DNA of 64,000 nt, from contig ADNK01000431.1 of the NCBI GenBank assembly GCA_000320545.1, forward strand, positions 11,426 through 75,425, read 5' to 3'. Source of the DNA: Bigelowiella natans CCMP2755 (taxonomy: Eukaryota; Protista; Cercozoa). The translations under genes were made by a program, and so were the position numbers. Under the pieces are notes generated by a model that did no database searches, had not been told where the DNA came from, and worked only from the letters and a program-made list of their open reading frames with translations. Every line of letters starts with the position of its first letter. Position 1 is the first letter of the stretch. Shown here one piece after another: positions 13,945 through 25,494 of this stretch.

Positions 13945-14901
13945 GTCACGCAGCCACTCAGCACGCAATCAAAATCAATATTGTTTGGTTCTGATGCCCC
14001 TCGATTATAACGGTTGGGTGACCATCAACCCCGAGGGAGCCCGGATATTCCACCCCGGGGAGGAGGTCGGGAACGGAGGATATGATGATGACGATGATGA
14101 TGATAATGAGCCAATAGGGGGGGGGGGGAGGAGGTGGTGGTGGAGGAGGAGGAGGAGGAAGTCGAAGAATATAACATTAGAAGAATAAGCAAAAAATAAG
14201 CTCGCGCGTCGTCTATCAATTCTCAATTCTCCCTTTTCCTCTTCCTTCAGGTGCTGGTCCTTGCAGAAGATGACGACACGTATGAGGTGAAACAGGAGCC
14301 ATCGAGTTTGGAGCTCAAGGTAAATCTCTTAAATGCCACTTCCGTTTTCGCTGCTCAGTTACGTAGCGCTACTATTTTCCATCGTCATCATCGTCATTTG
14401 TTCCAATCATTATCATTATGTCTTCATTTATTTCATGAATATTCAATTCTAATTTGTCATCAATCGTCGTCGTTACATCAGCAATGGACAGGCTCGCAAA
14501 AAGACATGCCATCCATCAAAACCCAAGACCAAAAGCCTGAGCGAGTGCGTTTCTGACTATGAATCTACTACTACTACTACTACCACTACTACTATTACTA
14601 CTATGAATTCATAAATACCTTCAATAGCCACATCTACAATCGTCCATTTTGTTTTCAAATCTTCCAGCGGTTATTATGCTAGTTTTTCAGCAGCAGCAGC
14701 AGGAGGAGGAGGAGCAGCCACGACCGATGGCGACTCGATATTATTCATTTACCCATTTGTTTCGTTTGTTTTGTTTGCGTTAAGGTGCTGTTCATTGGGT
14801 GGAGGCGTGATCTGGACGATATGATCGTGCAATTAGATGAGTATGTGGCGATGATGATGACGATGACGACGATGATGATGATGCTGAAGATAACGATATT
14901 C

Positions 14902-14937
<36 letters not shown>

Positions 14938-15861
14938 GTGTGTGTGTGTGTGTATAATATGCTACTTCGCTACTACAACCCCACTATACCTATTACCGTT
15001 GTACCGTCTTCTTCAAAGTACAAACGGCAAGAATGTTGGGGAAGATTTTGAAATTACGAGTCTATCGAAAAATGTTATATCTTGTCTGTTATTAATGTAT
15101 TATTGCTGAATCCCCCCCCCCCCCCTCTTACGTCCTCACTTGATGTGCAGATACGTATCGAAGGGGTCGGAGTTGGTTCTTTTCTCGCAACAAGACATCA
15201 AGGAGAGGAGGAAATCGATGCAAGATGGGGTCGGTGTACCAAGACAACGGATGATGATATACAAGAAGAAGAAGAAGAAGAAGAAGAAGAAGAAGAAGAA
15301 AGGAGAGACGAATCATGATTTGAAACTGCTACCCGCTTTGATGCAACGGCAAAGTGAGCTACCATGTGTCATCGTCACCATGCACACACACACACACACA
15401 CACACAAACTATTACTGCTACAACAACAACAACTACTACTACTACTACTACTGCTGCTACTACTACTACTCGGACTATAATCAGGGACTGAAAGTAGAAG
15501 AAGATCTGCAAAACATAAAGCTAAGACATGCCTTTGGAAACTCTATCTCGAGAAGGTCGGTCCTCGTCGTGGTTGCTCATCATGATAACGTCACCGATCA
15601 GCAGCATCAACAGTAGCAGCACATAGTACTACATGATATACCCATTACTGAGGCCCACCCTTTCATTGATGATCAGGCACTTGCAGCGACTGAATTTGAG
15701 CAATTTCGACTCGGTATGATATATTTCAAAGTATGCAGGGAACATCATCAGCATGAACAGTCGTGGACATGGTGCTTCGCTTTGTGGCCGTCCCGATCTT
15801 TCCTTAAAATAATATTTTTGTATGTTTGCTTACGTTCGCACGTTTGCAGTAAATATTATTA

Positions 15862-15896
<35 letters not shown>

Positions 15897-15927
15897 GTGT
15901 TTTATGCGTGTGCGTCTGCGTGTGCGT

Positions 15928-15963
<36 letters not shown>

Positions 15964-16018
15964 TTGTTCTTTAGGTACTGATTCTTGCGGATGAACAGCT
16001 CGAGCTGGTAATGTATAC

Positions 16019-16086
<68 letters not shown>

Positions 16087-17597
16087 GACGTAATAGTAAT
16101 CAAGTATGCATACTTGAATGCCCCACTAGTAACATTATTGATTTAATGATGAGTAAGGAACACTACCTGCTGATGATGATGCTGCTGCTGTGCCACCTAT
16201 GGCTGCTGCTGCTGCTGCTGATACTATCTTCGTCATCGTCGTCGTCGTGATATATAATGTAGGACGTGACGAAGATGGACTCTCGATCTCTCACAACTCT
16301 GCTTCTCATTCGAGATATAATTCATAGGTGCAGGCACACACACACACACACACACACGCGCGCGCATGCACGCGCGCGCGTGTCGTCCTATGCAAACTAC
16401 AACCCACCTTCACTCGTTCCGAAACGCCGCCTCCTCCTCCTCTTTTCTCAGTAAAATCCCCTTCTTCTTTCTCCCCTGCAGAAAAAGGACGGGTGTAGAT
16501 GATGACGTTCGCAGAACACCAACGAAGCTCAAGCATCATCAACGGGAACCTTCGCCCTCCTCCTCCTCCTCCTCTCCCTCCCCCCCCACCACAACCACCA
16601 CCGCCACTTCCTCCTCCTCCTCATCCACCTCCTCCTCCTCCTCGTCCAACACCCTCTCAAACAATCAGGAAAAGCAGCAGCCCAAACACCGCCGTGTTCC
16701 TCCTCGCAACGGCACTTCATTGTCGTCGTCATCGTCATCATCATCATCGATTCAGGGGAAGATTTTCCACCATCACAGGCGCTCGGTCAGGCCTCCAGTA
16801 GATCAAGAGAGTTGGCGACGAGACGTGCTTAAAGGCGAAACGAAGGTGGTGCTATTAGTGCTATTTGTGCTGCTGCTGGTGGTGGTGGTGGTGGGAAGGG
16901 GGGGGGGGGGGGGTGCGTTGATGGTCATTGTGATACTGATACTCTACATAGTAGTGCCTATGAGAATAAATAATAAATGCATATAATATATAAATATTTA
17001 TAGTTAATTATTCATATGCTGTTATCATCATCATCATCATCATCATCATCACCATCACCATCGTCGTCGAAACCAGGGTTCGGACGGGCGACGATGCACG
17101 ATTATAAGCGAGATTCTAGACCCGAAGACAAAGCTGCTAATCCAAAGCGGCAGTGTGTCGGATTTCGTCGCTTCTAATGAGCTGATATCGAAGGCTCTTG
17201 CCATGGTAAAACTACTACTACAACAACAACTAGCACTACTAGGAGGAATAGCACATAAGCACTGGGAGGGCTGCTCTGCTAATAATGAAGATGATGATGA
17301 TGATGATGACAAACTTGTGCTGATGCTGATTCCACCCACACCATTCACAACAGATGAGGTGTAAGTAATATGCATGATGAGCCAGTCAAATGAGCACTGA
17401 GTAAATAAGCAATACTGACTTTAGATCAACACACACGCTCGCACACACACGCTCGCATTTCCGAACAATTTCCCATCCATCCTGATCGTCAGGTCGCCGA
17501 GCGACAAGAGGTAGCCCAGATCTTGCAGGAAATCCTCTCTGCGGAAGGAAACGAAGTGTACATGCGCACAGTCTTTAGGTTTGTTGTGAAACACACG

Positions 17598-17631
<34 letters not shown>

Positions 17632-18049
17632 GATGAGATTCAGGCAGAGAGGAGGAGGAGGAGGAGGAGGAGGAGGAAGACATTTCTCGTTGAACACTAA
17701 CTGATAACTATTTTTCGTCTACTTCTCATCATCATCATCATCATCATCAGCATCATCATCCTTATATTATCATCATCATCATCATCATCATCATCACCAC
17801 CATCGTCATCGCTCCTCTGACGGTTTTTAATTCTCCTTGCTGCCGCCCTGATATTCATTGCTAAGGTACCTGAGGCCGGGAGAGTCTCTTAGCTTCTTCG
17901 ACGTGATGGCGCGCTGTCATGTGTGCGGGGAGATATTGATTGGGTACGTTCGGCCGGGTCGTGAAGAGCCCATTCTGAACCCAGCGGACAAGAGGAAGAA
18001 GATCGTATGGACGGAGAAGTTCATGCTCATCACCATTGCTGAGGACTAA
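10486..18049 (+). CDS. CASTOR/POLLUX/DMI1-family cation channel (pore plus two RCK domains), about 20 exons
   Basis: FSSDPLSKPIALL, WQAWVFVADSAAHAD (filter), VFGFLVGIVTDTISEKVDQLKKG|KSAVLESGHTLILNWSNK, ANESEGGGT|VVVLAERDKEEME, RSGSPILAFDLKKVAVSSARAIIV, VETIVSHDLIGRIMIQCARQ|PGLA, VLFIGWRRDLDDMI, DSRSLTTLLLIRDI, IISEILDPKTK, GEILIGY...NPADK. All are hallmark DMI1/POLLUX motifs. Confidence 0.95.
11317..11389. repeat. 22-bp tandem repeat x3.3 in a CASTOR intron
   Basis: Unit gtgctgttgaatgtgtaagtaa, three perfect copies plus gtgctgt. Confidence 0.9.
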
Positions 18050-18569
18050 CCAAAAAATCGATTGCAGCTTTTGTAGGGGTTGCTACGTTGTCGTTGTTTT
18101 CCTTCCTGTTGTAGAGGGATGGGAAGAAAAAGGCGGGCTTGCTCTCTAGCTCTCCCCGTCGTCGTTATCCGTCTCTGTGACCGATGTGAAAGCAGTTTGT
18201 ACATGCCTATGTGTGCATTTGTGCATGGCATTCTGGCAGTGACGACAACGATGATGATGGTAGAGGTGATGACATGATGTGAATCGAGATTTCAAAGAAT
18301 GAGCAATGTCTAGATGTAGCAAATGATGCTAGTCATTCTTTACGGGTTTGTCACATAAATTACAAGCGCAAAGTCATTGCACAAGATCGTGCACATTGGC
18401 GCGTCGTGGCACGCACCCATCAGCGCCCCAGCTAGCTCAGCCTCCATGTCCAAGTCTAGCGTAGTTGCAGTCACCTTGCTAGCTTGTGGAACATCCCTAA
18501 TCGCCTAGCTAGCTAGGTTGCACAGACCATAGCTAGACGCATCTTCCAGACGCACGATTGATTAAAAGC

Positions 18570-19066
18570 TAGAAAGCGCTAGAGCGTTGGAGCCATCTTT
18601 GCAGCTGACCACCTGCTTAGCCTGCTGAGTTGGGAAAATGTGCATCCTGGCTAGCTGGCGGGTTCAGGACAGTGATGCGCACACTAGCACACCTCGCCAG
18701 CTCATGATGCAATAGCAAAGCATGTCGCGTGCATCGTTGCCCAAAACGTCACGCATGCTGGCATGGTCACACGTTTTTCGATCCGGATCACGGCTAGACG
18801 GGTCCAGCTAGCCAGGTGAAGCTAGCTAGCTAGCTAGGAGCGAGCAACTGAAGCTAGTGAAGGCGCATGCTAGCATGCTTTCGCAGACGGTGGCCGACTT
18901 TCAGTCTTCATGTCTGCTGGTCCCCTGCTAGCCTGTCCCATCATGAGGGTCAGTCAGTGGAAGAAGACCAAGCTAGCAAGCAGATTTCAGAAAACAATCC
19001 TGTCTGCGTGCTTCAAGGACAAGTCATCCGAAGATCAACCTGTCCTTGGCAGCGTTCCATTGTTCC
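18570..19066. other. TpA-depleted, CTAG-rich zone downstream of the CASTOR stop
   Basis: By eye nearly every TA is in CTAG (exceptions cttag, aatag); rich in TGCA, CATG and GCTAGC. Confidence 0.8.
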
Positions 19067-19456
19067 TAACGGTGATGAATGTCTCGTGCACTAATTCGTT
19101 ACGAGTTCCCCGCCCGTAGTTTTCTTCGAGTGGTTCGGATCTTTCTTTTCTTGGCAGGCGAGCAGGCGAGGAGCCGATGTGGACATTTGGCAACTGACCC
19201 AAGGTAGACGAGGACTTTGTTCCTAAGACGATCTCAAAGCTGTGTCGTACGCAAAAATCCGCATGGTTTGAGGAATTCGTTGAGGTGTCGCGGCAGGACG
19301 CCGAACAACCAACATCACCTACGACTCGGAGTACATGTACCGGGATACGAGAGTGTCAGGGGAGAAAACGGCTGTGTTCGCAGTGTTCTTGCGCGTTGCA
19401 GTTGTAACGGCTTTGTGGAAACTGCACAGACCACCCTCAAAATCTAACATAACTCT

Positions 19457-21642
19457 ATGGGCTGTGGAACTAGTGAGGTAGGTGTGCATTTGATCTCCAA
19501 ATTTCCTGTACCTTGTTTGTCTGAAACTCGATCTTTTTTTCTAGCTTGAAAAAGAAGCGGCAGTCGAAGCGAAGCAAGCTGAAAATGACGTTAAGAAGGG
19601 CAGCAATAATGCCGTGACCGAGGAGGGCCAATCCAAAGAGAATAAATCTTCAGTTCAGGCAGAAAAAGTGGCAGATACTTCTTTAAAGGAAAGAGGTACA
19701 GGGAATACAAAACCAGCAGCAGCAGCCAAATCCACAACCTCGGCAGCAGCCAGTATGAAGAAACAAGATGGATCAGGCATCTCCCTGGCTCTGTGCAGCG
19801 CGGAGGGAGTAACAGCGTTGCTGTCCCTATCGACAGATGTGCAAGTATCTGACTACGACTGCGTATACCTTTGCAAGAAAGGCATGGCAAATGACGATTA
19901 CATCACATACGCGTACAACGCCGACAAGACGAGAGTACGTACTCACAATCGCTGCTGTACTTGCTCCGTGTATTTCTGGCGTGGCACGAGTTTTCACGTC
20001 GTTTGCGCGTCGTTTGCTTTTGTAGCATTTACTAGTTCTACGAGTATGATTTTACATGTATTTTGATCGTGTGTGTTTGTGAATTGGCACGGTCAGTCTG
20101 GCAAGGTCTTGGTTGAGCACGCCAAGATAAACTGGGAAAAGGGTCCACATGTACTTCGTTACATGAGCGCCGAATCGGTCAAGATAGCAGAAAGCCAACC
20201 CTTTGAGCTAGGTTAGACCAGAGCACTTACATCCAAATGCAAGGGAACAAATAGAGAGAAAGGGGGAGCCAGGGAGAAAGGAAGAGATAGAGCAAATACA
20301 TGAAACATGCACGGCTCAGGTGAGGAAAACAAGCCCCCTCCTGCCGCCGAAGCCAAAGTTGATGCAAAGCAATCAACAGCGGTGCAGAAGCAATCATCCA
20401 TTTCCCTCGGGAAGTCGTCGACAGCGGACAAAGTGTTCGCGAGGATTGTCCTCTCGGGTCCGGCAAAAAGCTCAGTTTCGGACTCTGATTATATCGCTCT
20501 GTGTAAGCCTGGATCGGAGTTGAGCGAGTATGAAACCTATGCATACAATGCTGAGAAGACGGTCAGTACATTTACGTTGTTACAGGAGGATAACACGCAC
20601 CGCATACACGCGAACTAGAGCAAACATCTGTCCTCGTTTGCCGTCATCTTCATCTTTTCTCATCGACATCATGCCTATTATTTCCCATTAATTATCATCA
20701 TCATCTCAACAGACATCGGGAGAGATTGAGATCGATTTCACATCGGAAGGTAATGAAAAGTGGATTCTTCGTTATATCTCTGAATCTGGAGCCTTGGTCT
20801 GCGAAAGCTCGTCGTTCCCTATGCCCCCTTTGAAGATAACGTCATCATCAGCAGCACCAACCACAGCTGCTGTGTCGACTGCCGTTGCTACTTCAAACGC
20901 CTCTCCATCCAAGACGGGGCTATCCGCTGGCGAAAGGGCGGCTCTGCGCAAGATTGAGCTCCAGAAGCGCCGAGAGGAGCGTGCCGCTCAGATGGAGCGT
21001 AAGAGAGAAGAAAGGAAAGCCGAATTGGAGAGAAGAAATGCGGAGAGGGAGGCAAGAATGGCGGAGTCACAGAAACAGCACGATGCTCGGATGAAGAAGA
21101 TGAAAGCTGAGATTGCCAAAGGCAATGAGGAGCATGCTAGGCACATAGAAGACCATAAGCGTCGCATGCAGGCTCTCGGTCAGGAGCGAGCGAAGAAAAA
21201 TAGGGAGATAATAGCAGCGATGTCTGCTGGAAGTAGAGCTAAGATCGAAAACTCTTCTCCTTCAACCGCCGCAGCTGTAAATAACCGTGCTGCTGGTGGT
21301 ATGCCAGCCTCGGCCCCAGTGGAGGCTGTGGCAGATATACAGTCAAAAGCAACGCAGGTAGCAGCAGCAGAAGAAGAAGCAAGCATCGGTTCGGGAGCGA
21401 CCGATGCAGATATCCAAGTCCGATGGGACAAGAGCAGCTTCCTCATCAAGATCAAGGTTCAGCTGCAGGGAGACCCGAATAATAAAGAAGAGCTTGTGAT
21501 TTATAAGGTGGGAAAATTCACAAACTGTTCATCTCCTACACACACACACACACACACACACACATGTCCAAACACACAGGCAGACAGGCAAACTATATAG
21601 AAAGTTGTAAGTATGTGAGCTTTGATAATAGATATTATACTT

Positions 21643-21691
<49 letters not shown>

Positions 21692-21852
21692 GTGTATATG
21701 TGTCAATTCTCGTACACATCAGCTACTGGAAGACAAGAAAACAATGAAATTTAAGCGTGTGGCTTATCGCAATAAGGAGCGTCAGATTCAGTTTTCTTTG
21801 GACATCGATGATCTGGATGCAGGCGTTCATTATATTGCAAGGTTAGAAAGTG

Positions 21853-21904
<52 letters not shown>

Positions 21905-22558
21905 TTCTCTCTTTGGCTCTGTTACTGTCACTGTCTTGTTTTGGTGTACTTTCTCCGCCATTTTATTCTTGCATTAAGATACACATACACATACAGATAT
22001 GAGCCCTTGGGCAAGGAAAGTAAAACTTTTGGCATAGCTCCCTCCGCGAAGTATCAAGAGAAATTGGAAGCAAGGAAAAAGGCCAGAATGGATGAACTAC
22101 AAGCTAAGCGGGATAAGAGGAAGAAGAAAAAGGTTGTATCACGCGCTTCCAGGATTTTTGGCATCCCTCCTCTCGTTAAAATTTTTCCACACAGTTTTTT
22201 CCTCACTTGTAATCTTTCAGTATGTTGTCCTAGAAAATTTTACGGGAATCGAGCATGTATCAATGTATACAGTTCCTTCCCATCTTCTCACACACACAAA
22301 TCCCATAATCTTTCCACATTATTCGCTCACTAAATGATCATGTAGGGTGTTCTCGATTGCGATAATTGCTGGCGGAAGGGAATCAGGAAGCAACTGGGAA
22401 AAACTGGTGGTCAGAAATGCAAATGCAAAACTGTAATGTTCTGCAGCAGGGAGTGCTTCAATGAGGTATTAATTGCATTGCACATTGTTCTGAACACAGT
22501 ACCGTGCTTAACACGCTCAACGATCCATCAACCCTCTCTCCCCCTCACTCTCTTCCAC

Positions 22559-22597
<39 letters not shown>

Positions 22598-23569
22598 GTA
22601 ATTTCAGGCGTGGAGAACTTGGCACGTGCTCGAATGTTCTACCGACGAAGCCCAAAAAGCCCGAGAGACAAGGAAGGCATGCAAGGGAAAGTACTGCTTT
22701 TGGTGTGACTGGCGCGACCGAAAAAAACACGCAGAGGACTGGAATCGTAAGCATGAACGTGAATTCAAGTGGCTGGGACCTAACGAAGACACTGGAAAGA
22801 GGGAGCCATATGGTCCTCCTGTTCCCATCGTTCCTGGATACAATCGTAGAATGGATATGATGGAGACAAGGGTATGAGCTTGTAGTGCCTGTATGCACAA
22901 ACACACGAACGTGGCGCACGGACACATCCATAAACATAGATAGCCAATTAACTTGATGGGTAGATGGATTGAACGACAGATAGAAAAACTGGAACAAGTA
23001 ACCAAGGCGTGTACCACATTTGTACTGAAGTAAGACATATTCTCACTTTGTCTTGTAATACAGGTGAAGAATCCGGCGATAGTCCATTGCGCATGCAAGC
23101 AGATTTTCTACTGCAGTGCTTATTGTCAGAATCAGCACGGAGGCTATTGTAAGTTTTTTGATGAAACTAATGATAATGATGATTGCAATGATTGCAATAG
23201 TCACGATCGTGATAACAGCATCGATGATGATAAAGATGACGTTCATGATGTTTCTCAGATAGCCACTGGAGAGAATGTCCTGCGGCGGAATCTCAAAAGC
23301 TTTGGAGAGAGTACCAGCAAGCGAGGAAGCAACGTCGTGCTGCCGCTTCCCGCGGTGGCGGTGGCGGCGGCAGTGGTGGCAAGAAGAAACCTCTAAGAGG
23401 AGACGCAGTTTTCAAGCTGAACTGCATCAAAGACAACATCAAAAAGTACTCAGAAAAACTGGCAAGAGCTGAAGCGGCAGGAAGCGGAGAGAGAAATAGT
23501 CTCAGGTCACAGGTGGAGAAGTACGAGGCGGAATTGGAGGCGTTTTACTGCGAATACGAAGCAAGCTAG
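19457..23569 (+). CDS. Putative N-acylated protein with 2-3 SKICH-like Ig domains, a coiled coil and two MYND-type zinc fingers
   Basis: Starts MGCGTSE. Repeats DYDCVYLCKKGMANDDYITYAYNADKT..SGKV...HVLRYMSAESVKIAESQPF and DSDYIALCKPGSELSEYETYAYNAEKT..SGEI...WILRYISESGALVCESSSF (SKICH pattern). E/R/K coiled coil. CDNC...CKCKTVMFCSRECFNEAWRTWHVLEC and CFWC...CACKQIFYCSAYCQ...HWREC (MYND). Stop TAG at 23567-69. Confidence 0.75.
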
Positions 23570-23869
23570 CTGGAACAATCTACATGATCCTACTGCCGCG
23601 CAATTGCCGGCGCATGATCCAAGAGAGTTGTTCACTAGCTCTAGAGCTCTTGACCTGTGATGACTGATGACCGTATGATCAGCGATCCAACTAGACAAGC
23701 TAGCTAGCTAGCGGGATTCTGCTGCGATAGTAGTGCGTTGCGTTTCACGCATGTTGTGTGACCGTGTTGAAATTGCAAGCTGTTGCTCAAGTCAAGTGCT
23801 GTGCATGTTCACAATGTCCATTGAGCTGTGGCGCTAGATCGATTGACCATTCATCTGTCTACACTAGTA

Positions 23870-23922
23870 TGAGACGGATGTAATGAAATATTTAAATTTT
23901 TCCAATGGTCATCCTAATGTAG
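23870..23922 (-). mobile_element. 53-bp 5'-truncated copy of the 3' end of the LINE at 50834-55798, with a 15-bp TSD
   Basis: tgagacggatgtaatgaaatatttaaatttttccaatggtcatcctaatgtag aligns to 50833-50884. Flanks are ctgtctacactagta (23855-69) and ctgtccacactagta (23923-37). Confidence 0.85.
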
Positions 23923-23989
23923 CTGTCCACACTAGTACAGCTAGATAGCTGACTAAACTGCTACACTGCTAGCACTGCTAGACTGGCAC

Positions 23990-24964
23990 AGTCCAGATGG
24001 TCTGGAAATGCATTTGAATGCATGATCGAATGCATCACATGCATGCGACAGCTGTGGCATTGTGTGAAAGTGCAAAGTGTGCGACGCGCTGCTGATCGAT
24101 CCGATCCGGAGATGCAATTCTCATGCTGGCATGCTAGCATGGCTGCACCGCTAGCTAAGCTAGACCGCACGTCCATCCACAGCCCATGCACACATGTCCC
24201 ATGATTGCATGTGCACTGAACTAGTGAAGCACATGTGTTGCTACATTGCAAAGCACACATGCTAGCATGAGCTCAGTCACGTGTATCCCAGAGAACATGT
24301 GTTCAGAACCTGGGTGCGCTCTGTAGTCCATGATGGCTACATGTCCATTGTGACGTTGCAGGCTTTGCTTCAGACAAGTTGCGCTCGTGTGGCATGTCTG
24401 CAGCAGAAATTGCACAGAAACGCTGTCGTGCATGACATGACGACGTGCGATCGGGGAGCGTTCCGAGTGAGTTTGTTTCTGGCAGTTTCGTGCAGGCTGT
24501 CTAGCAGGCCCAGCAAGCACAGAAGTGGAGCCCATTGCACGCACTGGCATGCCAGCATGCAGTCCAGCAGTGCATGCCAGCTAGCTAGCCAGCCAGCCAG
24601 GTTTGCCCACTTGCGAAGATTGTGGACACCCAATGCCACACGTGCATGTCCATTGTGAAGTGGAAGCTTCGTGTGCACACAAGACCAGCCAGAAGAGCTG
24701 GTGCAGACCCGTGCACAACTCCACCGTGCGTGCACTGCCAAATTGCACTTGCGAATCCAGCACGTGGACACGTCTGGACGTGTCGCGTGCGTGTGTCGGC
24801 ACGCGATCGTCCAAACCATTCATCAACAAACTCCATGCTGGCATGGCACGTGACTGCGTGAGGTGCACATGGACAACTGTTGACGCGCACACGCACCACG
24901 AAATTGGAACAATTTCAAAGCGGTCACACCACATCGTGGTCGCATGCGTGTTGCTCAAACAAGC
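23990..24964. other. TpA-depleted convergent intergenic zone
   Basis: No TA at all in 24588-24964 (377 bp); most other TA is in CTAG. Contains ctagctagccagccagccag, a decayed (CTAG)n run. Confidence 0.85.
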
Positions 24965-25494
24965 TATAGCTCTAGTAGCTAGCTAGCTAGCATGCTAGCA
25001 TGCATGTATAATCATTAATGCTAGAATGTTCAAGATGTTGTACGTTGGGAAGCACATCGCATCGCTGCGACGGCTCTAAATGTCTATGTCTAGATGTGTC
25101 TAGATGTGTGTGCATAGCTATCTAGGTACGGTGTGTACAACGAAAGTAGCGCGCTAGCGCGCAAGCGATCTTTCTGCTTGCTCCAGATCGCTAGATCGAC
25201 ATTGCTAGATTGTGTGCGCCATGAATGGCCCTGCTAGCCTGGAATCGAAGTGCGCTGCGTAGCAGCAAGTATGAATTCATGCATCTAACTCTAGTAACTA
25301 GCTTACCAGATTTCTAGACATTTCTAGATTTCTAGATTCACATCGTTTATTTGCACACTAATTTTAATTTTTCATTGGCACACTCTAGATACGCTAGTAC
25401 GGCGATTGCGCAACACGCTAGCACGTAGCACCATGCTAGCATGGACCATCATCTCTGTATCTCTTGATCTATACCGAAACATTGCTGCAAACTG

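Noticed and set aside
22964-23030. Extra exon in the SKICH-MYND gene
   Set aside because: It gives an immediate stop in the required phase; direct splicing 22871 to 23064 keeps the frame.
23961-24986. Cluster of overlapping Cys/His-rich ORFs in many frames
   Set aside because: A by-product of TA loss (few TAA/TAG stops, many TGC/CAT/CAC codons); no recognisable protein.
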